From Ranitomeya imitator (taxonomy: Eukaryota), in the NCBI RefSeq assembly GCF_032444005.1, contig NC_091288.1, forward strand, positions 183,024,001 to 183,088,000: a stretch of DNA of 64,000 nucleotides, given 5' to 3'. Below are positions 51,010 through 62,646 of the stretch, one piece after another. The notes under the pieces are model-generated. The model searched no databases. It worked only from the letters and a program-made list of their open reading frames with translations, and had not been told where the DNA came from. Both the position numbers and the translations under genes were made by a program. How positions within the stretch are numbered: position 1 is the stretch's first letter; each line of letters opens with the position of its first letter.

Positions 51010-54000
51010 TGTTGTGGATTCTGTTTTTGGGCTCCCTCTGGTGGTTACAGATGGTACTGGGTGACTTGTGTTCTCTGCGGTCTCTGGTGTCCACCTGTTC
51101 TATCAGGATATGGGAGTTTCCTATTTAACTTGGCTTTCTTATCATTTCCTCGCCTGCTATCAATGTAATCAGTGTGTCTTGTTACCTCTGCTTCCCGCTT
51201 CTGTAATCTTCAGGACAAGCTAAGTTTTGATTTTCCTGTTCCACGTTTTGCTTAATTTTTGTCTTAGTCCAGCTTGCAGATATGTGATTCCTTGTTGCTG
51301 GTTGCTCTAGTGGGCTGATATTACTCCTCATGTTCCATGAGTTGGCACATGAGTTCAAGTAATTTCAGGATGTTTTTTTGTAGGGTTTTTCGCTGACCGC
51401 GCAGTTCACTTTTGTATCCTCTGCTATCTAGCTTTAGCGGGCCTCATTTTGCTGAATCTGTTTTCATAACTACGTATGTGCTTTCCTCTCATTTCACCGT
51501 CATTACATGTGGGGGGCTGCTGTTTCTGTGGGGTGTTTCTCTGGAGGCAAGAGAGGTCTGCGTTTCTTCTAATAGGGGAAGTTAGTCCTTCGGCTGGCGC
51601 GAGACGTCTAGGAATCATCGTAGGCACGTTCCCCGGCTACTGCTAGTTGTGTGTTTAGGTTCAGGATTGCGGACAGCTCAGTTTCCATCACCCTAGAGCT
51701 CGTTTTGTTTTTGTGCTTGTCCTTTTGTGATCCCCTGCCATTGGGATCATGACAGTATAGCCGGCCAAAAAGTGGTAATCGTATTGGCTGAAGTAGGAGG
51801 AAAAGTAGTCTGAGGAATTTTTTTTTTTTTTTTCCCCCCCCCTCAGAATTTGCTGCCTAGCCTTAATTGCAGCCTGGCTGCTTCTTACCTCCTCTTAATC
51901 CTTGAATGGCTCTGACCTCAGCTGTTTATCATGGACGTCCAGAGTTTGGCTTCCAGCCTGAATAATCTTGCTGCTAAGGTTCAAAATATACAAGATTTTG
52001 TTGTACATGCTCCTATGTCTGAACCTAGAATTCCTATCCCAGAGTTTTTTTCTGGAGATAGATCTAGTTTTCTGAATTTTAGGAACAATTGCAAGTTGTT
52101 TCTTTCTTTGAAATCTCGCTCCTCTGGAGACCCTGCTCAGCAGGTCAAGATTGTTATATCTTTCCTGCGGGGTGACCCTCAGAATTGGGCATTTGCATCG
52201 GCACCAGGGGATCCTGCGTTGCTCAATGTGGATGCGTTTTTTCTGGCATTGGGTTTGCTCTATGAGGAACCTAACCTAGAGATTCAGGCTGAAAAAGCTT
52301 CATTGGCTCTCTCTCAGGGGCAAGATGAAGCAGAAATATATTGTCAGAAATTTCGGAAATGGTCGGTGCTTACTCAGTGGAATGAGTGCGCCCTGGCTGC
52401 AAAATTCAGAGATGGCCTTTCTGAGGCCATTAAAGATGTTATGGTGGGGTTCCCTGCGCCTACAGGTCTGAATGAGCCTATGACTATGGCTATTCAGATT
52501 GCTCGGCGTTTACGGGAGCGCAAACCTGTGCACCATTTGGCGGTGTCTTCTGAACAGGCACCTGAGACAATGCAATGTGATAGAATTCAGTCCAGAAGCG
52601 AACGGCAAAACTATAGGCGGAAAAATGGGTTGTGTTTTTATTGTGGTGATTCAGCTCATGTTATATCAGCATGCTCTAAACGCACAAAAAAGGTTGATAA
52701 GTCTGTTGCCATTAGTACTTTACAGTCTAAGTTCATTCTGTCTGTGACTCTGATTTGTTCATTATCATCCATTTCCATCGATGCCTATGTGGATTCAGGC
52801 GCTGCCCTGAGTCTTATGGATTGGTCATTTGCCAACCGCTGTGGGTTTAGTCTGGAGCCTCTGGAAGTCCCTATTCCTTTGAAAGGAATTGACTCTACAC
52901 CTTTGGCTATGAATAAACCTCAGTACTGGACACAAGTGACCATGCGTATGACTCCCGTTCATCAGGAGGTGATTCGCTTCCTGGTACTGTATAATTTACA
53001 TGATGTCTTAGTGCTTGGTCTGCCATGGTTACAAACTCATAACCCAGTCTTGGACTGGAAAATGATGTCTGTGTTAAGCTGGGGATGTCAGGGAGTTCAT
53101 GATGATGCACCTCCGATTTCTATCGCTTCATCTACTCCTTCTGAGGTTCCTGTATTTTTGTCTGATTATCGGGATGTTTTTGAGGAGCCTAAGCTCAATT
53201 CGCTTCCTCCTCACAGGGATTGCGATTGTGCTATAGATTTGATTCCTGGCAGTAAATGTCCTAAAGGTCGTTTGTTCAATCTGTCAGTGCCAGAGCATAC
53301 TGCTATGCGGGATTATGTTAAGGAGTCCTTGGAAAAGGGACATATCCGTCCGTCTTCGTCCCCTTTGGGAGCAGGTTTTTTTTTCGTGGCCAAAAAAGAT
53401 GGTTCCTTGAGGCCTTGTATAGATTACCGTCTTTTGAATAAGATTACAGTCAAATATCAGTATCCTTTGCCATTGTTGACTGATTTGTTCGCTCGCATTA
53501 AGGGGGCTAAATGGTTCACTAAGACTGATCTTCGGGGTGCGTATAATCTTGTGCGGATAAAGCAGGGTGATGAGTGGAAAACCGCATTTAATACGCCTGA
53601 GGGCCATTTTGAGTATTTGGTGATGCCTTTTGGACTTTCTAATGCTCCTTCTGTCTTCCAGTCCTTTATGCACGATATTTTCCGTGAATATCTGGATAAA
53701 TTTATGATTGTGTATTTGGATGATGTTTTGTTTTTTTCTGATGACTGGGAGTCCCATGTTCAGCAGGTCAGGAAGGTGTTTCAGGTCCTGCGGGCCAATT
53801 CTTTGTTTGTAAAAGGTTCAAAGTGTCTCTTTGGAGTCCAGAAGATTTCTTTTTTGGGGTATATTTTTTCCCCTTCTACTATTGAGATGGATCCCGTCAA
53901 GGTTCAGGCTATTTGTGACTGGACGCAGCCTACATCTCTTAAGAGTCTACAGAAGTTCTTGGGCTTTGCTAATTTTTATCGTCGTTTCATAACTAATTTT

Positions 54001-56739
54001 TCTAGTGTTGTTAAGCCTTTGACGGATTTGACTAAGAAGGGTGCTGATGTTGCTGATTGGTCCCCTGCGGCTGTGGAGGCCTTTCAGGAACTTAAGCGCC
54101 GGTTTTCTTCTGCTCCTGTGTTGCGTCAGCCAGATGTTTCGCTTCCTTTTCAGGTTGAGGTTGATGCTTCCGAGATTGGAGCGGGGGCGGTTTTGTCACA
54201 GAGAAGCTCCGATGGCTCAGTGATGAAGCCATGTGCGTTCTTTTCTAGAAAGTTTTCGCCCACTGAGCGGAATTATGATGTTGGTAATCGGGAGCTTTTG
54301 GCCATGAAGTGGGCATTTGAGGAGTAGCGTCATTGGCTTGAGGGTGCTAGACATCGTGTGGTGGTCTTGACTGATCACAAAAATCTGATTTACCTTGAGT
54401 CTGCCAAGCGTCTGAATCCTAGACAGGCTCGTTGGTCACTGTTTTTCTCCCGTTTCGATTTTGTGGTTTCATATCTGCCAGGTTCAAAGAATGTGAAGGC
54501 GGATGCTCTTTCTAGGAGTTTTGTGCCTGACTCCCCTGGAAATTCTGAGCCCACTGGTATCCTTAGGGATGGGGTGATTTAGTCAGCTGTCTCCCCAGAC
54601 TTGCGACGTGCTTTGCAGGAGTTTCAGGCGGATAAACCTGATCGTTGTCCGCCTGAAAGACTGTTTGTTCCGGATAATTGGACCAGTAGAGTCATCTCCG
54701 AGGTCCATTCTTCTGTGTTGGCAGGTCATCCTGGAATATTTGGTACTAGAGACTTGGTGGCCAGGTCTTTTTGGTGGCCTTCCTTGTCGAGGGATGTGCG
54801 TTCTTTTGTGCAGTCTTGTGAAGTTTGCGCTCGGGCTAAGCCTTGCTGTTCTCGGGCCAGTGGATTGTTGTCACCTTTGCCTATCCCGAAGAGGCCTTGG
54901 ACGCACATTTCCATGGACTTTATTTCGGATCTCCCTGTCTCTCAAAAAATGTCCGTCATCTGGGTTGTGTGTGACCGCTTTTCTAAGATGGTTCATCTGG
55001 TACCCTTGCCTAAGTTACCTTCCTCCTCTGAGTTGGTCCCTCTGTTTTTTCAGAACGTGGTTCGTTTGCATGGGATTCCGGAGAACATCGTTTCTGATAG
55101 GGGATCCCAGTTTGTGTCTAGATTTTGGCGGACGTTCTGTGCTAAGATGGGCATTGATTTGTCCTTTTCGTCTGCATTCCATCCTCAGACGAATGGCCAG
55201 ACGGAACGAACTAATCAGACCTTAGAAACTTATTTAAGGTGTTTTGTTTCTGCTGATCAAGATGACTGGGTTACCTTTTTGCCGCTTGCCGAATTTGCCC
55301 TTAATAATCGGGCTAGTTCTGCTACCTTGGTTTCTCCTTTCTTTTGTAATTTGGGGTTTCATCCTCGTTTTTCCTCTGGTCAGGTGGAGCCTTCTGATTG
55401 TCCTGGAGTGGACATGGTGGTGGATAGGTTGCATCAGATTTGGAGTCATGTGGTGGACAATTTGAAGTTGTCCCAGGAGAGGGCTCAGCAGTTTGCTAAT
55501 CGCCGTCGCCGAGTGGGTCCTCGACTTCGTGTTGGGGACTTGGTGTGGTTGTCTTCTCGTTTTGTTCCTATGAAGGTCTCTTCTCCTAAGTTCAAGCCTC
55601 GGTTCATCGGTCCCTATAGGATCTTGGAAATTCTTAACCCTGTGTCGTTTCGTTTGGATCTCCCGGCATCGTTTGCTATTCATAATGTGTTCCATCGGTC
55701 GTTGTTGCGGAAGTATGAGGTACCTGTTGTTCCTTTGCTTGAGCCTCCTGCTCCGGTGCTGGTGGAGGGAGAATTGGAGTATGTTGTGGAGAAGATCTTG
55801 GATTCTCGTGTTTCCAGACGGAAACTCCAATATTTGGTCAAGTGGAAGGGTTATGGTCAGGAGGATAATTCTTGGGTGGTTGCCTCTGATGTTCATGCTG
55901 CTGATTTGGTCCGTGCATTTCATAGGGCTCATCCTGGTCACCCTGGTGGTTCTCGTGAGGGTTCGGTGACCCCTCCTCAAGGGGGGGGGGTACTGTTGTG
56001 GATTCTGTTTTTGGGCTCCCTCTGGTGGTTACAGATGGTACTGGGTGACTTGTGTTCTCTGCGGTCTCTGGTGTCCACCTGTTCTATCAGGATATGGGAG
56101 TTTCCTATTTAACTTGGCTTTCTTGTCATTTCCTCGCCGGCTATCAATGTAATCAGTGTGTCTTGTTACCTCTGCTTCCCGCTTCTGTAATCTTGAGGAC
56201 AAGCTAAGTTTTGATTTTCCTGTTCCACGTTTTGCTTAATTTTTGTCTTAGTCCAGCTTGCAGATATGTGATTCCTTGTTGCTGGTTGCTCTAGTGGGCT
56301 GATATTACTCCTCATGTTCCATGAGTTGGCACATGAGTTCAAGTAATTTCAGGATGGTTTTTTGTAGGGTTTTTCGCTGACCGCGCAGTTCACTTTTGTA
56401 TCCTCTGCTATCTAGCTTTAGCGGGCCTCATTTTGCTGAATCTGTTTTCATAACTACGTATGTGCTTTCCTCTCATTTCACCGTCATTACATGTGGGGGG
56501 CGGCTGTTTCTGTGGGGTGTTTCTCTGGAGGCAAGAGAGGTCTGTGTTTCTTCTAATAGGGGAAGTTAGTCCTTCGGCTGGCGCGAGACGTCTAGGAATC
56601 ATCGTAGGCACGTTCCCCGGCTACTGCTAGTTGTGTGTTTAGGTTCAGGATCGCGGTCAGCTCAGTTTCCATCACCCTAGAGCTCGTTTTGTTTTTTGTG
56701 CTTGTCCTTTTGTGATCCCCTGCCATTGGGATCATGACA
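51010..56739 (+). mobile_element. Ty3/Gypsy chromovirus-type LTR retrotransposon B, 5730 bp, nested in a Harbinger-type MITE
   Basis: LTRs at 51010-51754 (745 bp) and 55994-56739 (746 bp), TG...CA; G-run PPT at 55981-55990; flanks GCCGAA / GCTGAA. Confidence 0.95.
51931..56112 (+). pseudogene. Gypsy B single-frame gag-pol with two premature TAG stops
   Basis: ORFs 51931-54327, 54358-54582 and 54601-56112 share one frame. CCHC CFYCGDSAHVISAC, DSGA, YLDD, RNase H, integrase and chromodomain (YLVKWKGYGQEDNSWV). Stops at 54325-27 and 54580-82. Confidence 0.9.
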
Positions 56740-59700
56740 GCTGAAGTCCCCGGGTAACCAGGGTAAACATCGGGTTACTAAGCGCAGGGCTGCACTTAGT
56801 AACCCGATGTTTACCCTGGTTACCATTGTAAATGTAAAAAAAAAACAACACATACTTACATTCCGGTGTCTGTCGCGTCCCCCGGAGTCAGCTTTCCCGC
56901 ACTCCTCCTGCATCCTGTGTAAGCACCGGCCGTAAAGCAGAGCGGTGACGTCACCGCTGTGCTCTGCTTTACGGCCGGCCGGCGCTGACACAGGATGCAG
57001 GAGGAGTGCACGGAAGCGGACGCCGGGGGACGTGACAGGCACCGGAATGTGAGTATGTGGTTTTTTTTTTTACATTTACAATGGTAACCAGGGTAAACAT
57101 CAGGTTACTAAGCGCGGCCCTGCGCTTAGTAACCCGATGTTTACCCTGGTTACCAGTGAACACATGGCTGTATCGGCGTCACACACGCCGATTCAGCGAT
57201 GTCAGCGGGAGATCCAGCGACGAAATAAAGTTCTGGACTTTCAGCGACGACCAGCGAAGTCACAGCAGGATCCTGATCGCTGCTGCGTGTCAAACACAAC
57301 GATATCGCTATCCAGGACGCTGCAACGTCACGGATCGCTATCGTTATCGTTGTAATGTTGTTCAGTGTGACGGTACCTTTAGGTAATCTATTTGATTAGT
57401 AGCCCATTGAAAGGGAAATTATTGTATTAGTTGTGATAAGAGGGGCGAGAAGAGAAATGTTCAGAGTTTGAGATTTGACTTGATTGACATCTAGGTCAGA
57501 TACTAACTCAAATTTGCTCAGAGTCTGAAGTAACGCAAGCAGCAAGGTTTGAAGTGTGGAGAGAAAGTGCAAGATTTCATCCGTGAACATAAGCAAATTG
57601 TCTCGTCAGAGATGAATAGAACTAGAACTCTAGTGTCACTTATTGGAAGTAGCAATCCTAAAAGTAAGTCTCCTCATCTCGGCATGCTTAGCATGTTAAT
57701 CTCCGCAAGGAGAAACGATACTTCTTGGATATCCATGAACATAAATAATTTATACGAGACTGATGCAATTTTCACACCATGGATGTTTAAGTATAAACAA
57801 AGGCTAACAGCTAGGGGTTCAATAGCAAGCAGAAAAAGAAATGGGGAAGGTGGGCAGCCCTACCATGTGCCAATTTTAAGTGCCAAAGAGTCTGAAGAGA
57901 ATCCATTATAGTGCATGAATCGAATCTCTACAGCACTGCAAACAGGTATATTACGAGCTTTTTGTTTTTTTTTATCACGAGATCGAGTGACAAAACCCTG
58001 CATATGTTATCTGCGGCTTGCCTGTGTGGTAAAAAGTCATCTTGGTCTTTATAGACTAAGGCTATGTGCACACGTTGTGGATTAGCCTCAGGAATTTTTT
58101 GTGCGGATTCTGCTTCTTTTGGCAGAAAACGCAGGTGCGGATTTGACGCGTTTTTTGTGTGGATTTGCTGCAGATTTTCAGTGTTTTTTACCCTTGCGGA
58201 TTTCTATAATGGAATGGGTACAAAAACGCTGCTGGATCGCCCCCAGATGCGGTACCGGTCCTCTGCTGGCTCAGTTCTGGGGATGTCACGGTGGCTGGAC
58301 CCGGTCCGTGACCCTGCTAAGGGGCGTCCAATAAAAGGTGATAGAAGTCTGTCAAGGTTTCGTGAAGCCACCTGTGGTATTCGGTCAGGGTGATCGACGC
58401 TGCTTGGGGTCCACTTGGGGTGATGTGATGGCAGCTAGATGGTGAGACTTCCCACAGGTGAAGTATGTCCCCAGGGCTTCCCAGTAAGGTGGATGGTGAT
58501 GGTGTGAGGTGCAGGCAATAACGAGGACACAGGGTTGCAGTCTCTTTACCTCTTTACTGAAGACTTCAGGATCCTCAATCCAGAGGACAGTTAACAGGGC
58601 TGTCGGAGACCGGCCGGTCCGATGGGCACATCCAGAGTTCCCTTTACAGGTGGAAATCGTTGCCTACCAATAGCGCCTGTGTGTTGTAGTGCTACCCTGC
58701 TGAGCATTCGAAATAGTCCTCACAACTTCTGTTCTAGTTCGTTCGTTCGTTCATTCACAGCTAAGGAACACCATATAAGAATAGAATAATATACCCAATA
58801 AAACTTAACATTTAATAATACTCTTTATAATAAAAACACATACCACATACAACCTAAGACCAGTACCAGTTGTTTGACACAAAAGATATAAGACAAAGAT
58901 ACAGGGTGCTCTCGATCCCTAGGTTCCCGACTGTCTGTCCCCTACCTTGCCGCGGAGGTTGGCACCCTATATATCCTGCGCAATTGCGCCCCCGCTCAAC
59001 GTAGGCTATCCCTAAATCGCCCTGATGGGCCCTTACGTGCAAGAAATAGAAAAAAAAGTCAAACAACAGAGCATTCACTCATAAACAGATTATCACAGTG
59101 ATAACTGATAATAGAAAACTTATTGCACATGCCCAGATATATTAGTGCATATCATAAAATACGTTTAGATGTTGCATTTAGAATGATAAGCAACAGACTA
59201 GGGAAACCTGTAAAAAATCCCTAGGTGGCCCTACCTGCCAGTGGGGGTTGGCACCCTAGAATCCTGCGCAGATGGCGCCCCCACTCACGTAGTCTATCCC
59301 TGGTGACACCCTAAGCTACTTGCAAGGGGATAAACAATATATACATAGGACAAAATAACTTTCAAAATGTATAAATAGGGGCAAAAACAACACTAAACCA
59401 GAGATAGAGTGTTAAATATTAATTATTCTTATTTTTATCCTGTACTGAGCACTTTGCTTATTGCTGACACTATCAAAAACTATTTCTGTGTATGTAGCTC
59501 AGAGTATAAGTTAACACCATATACAGAGGACACGTGATCTGTGTTGGACATATATAAACGTCTCTTAGGAGGGTGTGGGGGCTTTTGTCACGTGGGACGG
59601 TCACCTCCTGCCTGCACATTCATTCTCCATGGACAACAGATGAAGATGAACAGCTGATAGGGGAAGCCATGATGACCTTCGAACTTCACACAGACAGATG

Positions 59701-60214
59701 ACTCTTACCATTCAGGATCTTGGGAAAGATGAGTAACAAGACAAGCGCTGATATTTACACATGGACACTCTGTTCGTAACTATTTCATCTACTTTTATAT
59801 TTTTGTTGCAATGGTGGATAATTCAATAAACCACTATACTTTCGTCAGAATATCATGACATTTTTCTTTTAAGAATAACGCACCTGGTTAAGTCTTGATT
59901 AAATATTTTTGCAAAACTATCATTGGCCAAGCCAGCCAGTTTTGATTTTTTGTGCTATTTTTGCGTGAATTTCCTTCTTCTTGCACACGGGGGAAGACAG
60001 AAGAGTTCCGCTAGATTGTGCAAGTATTCAGGAATTCCACTTCAAAACTTCAAGCCACAAAGAACTCATACAAGAACCTGCGAATTACGGAGACTTTAAC
60101 AGGTGTCAGACGGATTGACAAGCACTGGATGTGCTGAAAATAGCCGTGCTGAAGTCAGGAGCCCAGCGTTGTAAAAGCAAAGGGACTACAAGCTGAGATT
60201 ACAAGGTAAGACAA

Positions 60215-61582
60215 ATGGATTTGATTAATTCATATGCTAAATCAAATCAGATAGAATTTGTAAGTTTGTACGGATCTAGCTTAGAAATATTTTGGTTTTC
60301 TTTATTTGCAGAATGCAGAATCGCGAATTTGAAGTTAGATTCTAAGCTAGTATCTAGGAAAAAAGAAAAAGAGCAACTGAAAAATATTTTACATATGGTT
60401 TATGTATTTAACAAGGTTGTTACAGAGAAGTCCAAAAAAGACAGTGTAGAAAGAATTTCTAAGGAAATAGAAATTAATGATGTTCCTAAGATTGACTGTA
60501 ATTTGAAGGGTGAGCAAGAAGATGTGACACACGTGTGTGTGGCCGCCCAAGGTGACATTGACTTTGTGACACATGATGAAAAACAAGATGGAGGAAGTGT
60601 AGGAGACATGACAATTGACAAAGATCATCTACGAGGGACAGATGTACCATTGCCACTAAAAATAGAAGACGAGGCCCAACTCCAACCTAAATCTAGGAAA
60701 ATCCTGTTAAAATTATGCAAAATCATTCCTGCATATGATGAGAAAATCCCGGTGTGCAGAAATTCAGAGATATTTGAGAGTTTTGCTGATAAGTTTGATT
60801 TGACTAATCAAGAGAAAAATAAATTGTTTAAAATTTGGCTTCCGGTAACTTTTATCAGAAGATTTTCATTAAAAATGCAGAATGAGGAGTTCCATGAAGA
60901 CATGACTGATGTAGAAAGATTAAAAATTTTGATTTTCTGTGGATTAAAAGAAAATTATCCAGATCTTGATATTCTTCTAAAATTGAAGATTGGCCGGAAA
61001 GAATGTACTTTTACTTTTATGGCCATTTTTGAAAGGATTTATAAATTGATCTGTACGAATTTGAATCAACAATCCATGATAAATTGTTTTGTAAACAAAT
61101 TTTAATTCTTAAATCCTGTATCTCGTGTAATTGCGTCACAGAAAGATTCCTTATATGAATGTGCGCAATCCCTTGATTTTTCTAGAAAACATGAGAATCT
61201 TGAAAGGAAAACAAATTTTACTAAGTTTTTGAAACCAGGCAGAATTCAATCTTGTGAGAAGCCAAAATCAAAATCTTCAAACCTGATCCAAAATCACATC
61301 TATGAAGTACGAAGAAAATTACATATTTGCTACAAACCCTATGAAACGATTCAGGAGTCTATTAAAGAAGTTCCTCTGAAAGGGTTAAAAGCTGAAGGGC
61401 CAGATCTGTCTGTAAAGATGGCGGAAATTGACAAATGGAAGCAGGTGTGCAACAGCATAGGGAGCGAGCTGAACACTCAGTTATCACAGCAGCTCTTCAA
61501 AGGTCTAAAACTGACCTTATTACATAAAGCATTTCAACAAATTATAGACAGAGAGGTAAATTTTGGGTTAGGAATTGGCTAA
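60215..61582 (+). pseudogene. Gag-like ORF of an unclassified, decayed LTR-type retroelement (one internal TAA)
   Basis: ORFs 60215-61105 and 61229-61582 are in the same frame. Upstream is an LTR-like block with TATATAAA (~59548), AATAAA (~59825) and a TGACA end (59860). Downstream of the Tc1 is AT-rich decayed sequence. No motif was confidently recognised. Confidence 0.4.
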
Positions 61583-61729
61583 AAATGTAATTATATTATA
61601 TGATGAGTTATACAATGTATTATTTATTAATGTAATTATTTTATTCAATATAATTCTGTAGTTATATATATATATATTAATATAATATACAGTAAATACT
61701 GTAGCATATTTGTATAAGTAGAGATTATA

Positions 61730-62646
61730 CAGTGGGGCAAAAAAGTATTTAGTCAGTCAGCAAAAGTGCAAGTTCCACCACTTAAAAAGATGAGAGGCGT
61801 CTGTAATTTACATCATAGGTAGACCTCAACTACGGGAGACAAACTGAGAAAAAAAAATCCAGAAAATCACATTGTCTGTTTTTTTAACATTTTATTTGCA
61901 TATTATGGTGGAAAATAAGTATTTGGTCAGAAACAAAATTTCATCTCAATACTTTGTAATATATCCTTTGTTGGCAATGACAGAGGTCAAACGTTTTCTG
62001 TAAGTCTTCACAAGGTTGCCACACACTGTTGTTGGTATGGTGGCCCATTCCTCCATGCAGATCTCCTCTAGAGCAGTGATGTTTTTGGCTTTTCGCTTGG
62101 CAACACGGACTTTCAACTCCCTCCAAAGGTTTTCTATAGGGTTGAGATCTGGAGACTGGCTAGGCCACTCCAGGACCTTGAAATGCTTCTTACGAAGCCA
62201 CTCCTTCGTTGCCCTGGCGGTGTGCTTTGGATCATTGTCATGTTGAAAGACCCAGCCACGTTTCATCTTCAATGCCCTTGCTGATGGAAGGAGGTTTGCA
62301 CTCAAAATCTCACGATACATGGCCCCATTCATTCTTTCATGTACCCGGATCAGTCGTCCTGGCCCCTTTGCAGAGAAACAGCCCCAAAGCATGATGTTTC
62401 CACCACCATGCTTTACAGTAGGTATGGTGTTTGATGGATGCAACTCAGTATTCTTTTTCCTCCAAACACGACAAGTTGTGTTTCTACCAAACAGTTCCAG
62501 TTTGGTTTCATCAGACCATAGGACATTCTCCCAAAACTCCTCTGGATCATCCAAATGCTCTCTAGCAAACTACAGACGCCTCTCATCTTTTTAAGTGGTG
62601 GAACTTACACTATTGCTGACTGACTAAATACTTTTTTGCCCCACTG
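61730..62646 (-). mobile_element. Internally deleted Tc1 (DD34E) transposon, 917 bp
   Basis: TIRs CAGTGGGGCAAAAAAGTATTTAGTCAGTCAGCAA; TA TSD on both sides; right TIR reduced to ~75 bp. Confidence 0.92.
61946..62554 (-). pseudogene. Tc1 transposase catalytic domain only (DNA-binding N-terminus deleted)
   Basis: [28 protein letters not shown]; 34 residues between the 2nd D and E. Confidence 0.88.

Larger units (their letters stand above)
50876..57378. mobile_element. PIF/Harbinger-type palindromic MITE split by Gypsy B
   Basis: TIRs (G/A)GGTACCGTCACACT; TTA on both sides; same family as 21626-22315. Confidence 0.85.

Noticed and set aside
54325-54327. APOBEC-type hypermutation (TGG to TAG/TGA stops in Gypsy B and BEL)
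   Set aside because: Only two such events and no visible general G-to-A excess; would need alignment to a consensus.
58285-58750. Solo LTR beginning TGTCACGG
   Set aside because: LTR-like composition, but I could not define a CA end or TSD.
59021-59048. Hammerhead ribozyme core (CTGATGG...GAAA)
   Set aside because: The core deviates from CUGANGA and stem II does not form convincingly.
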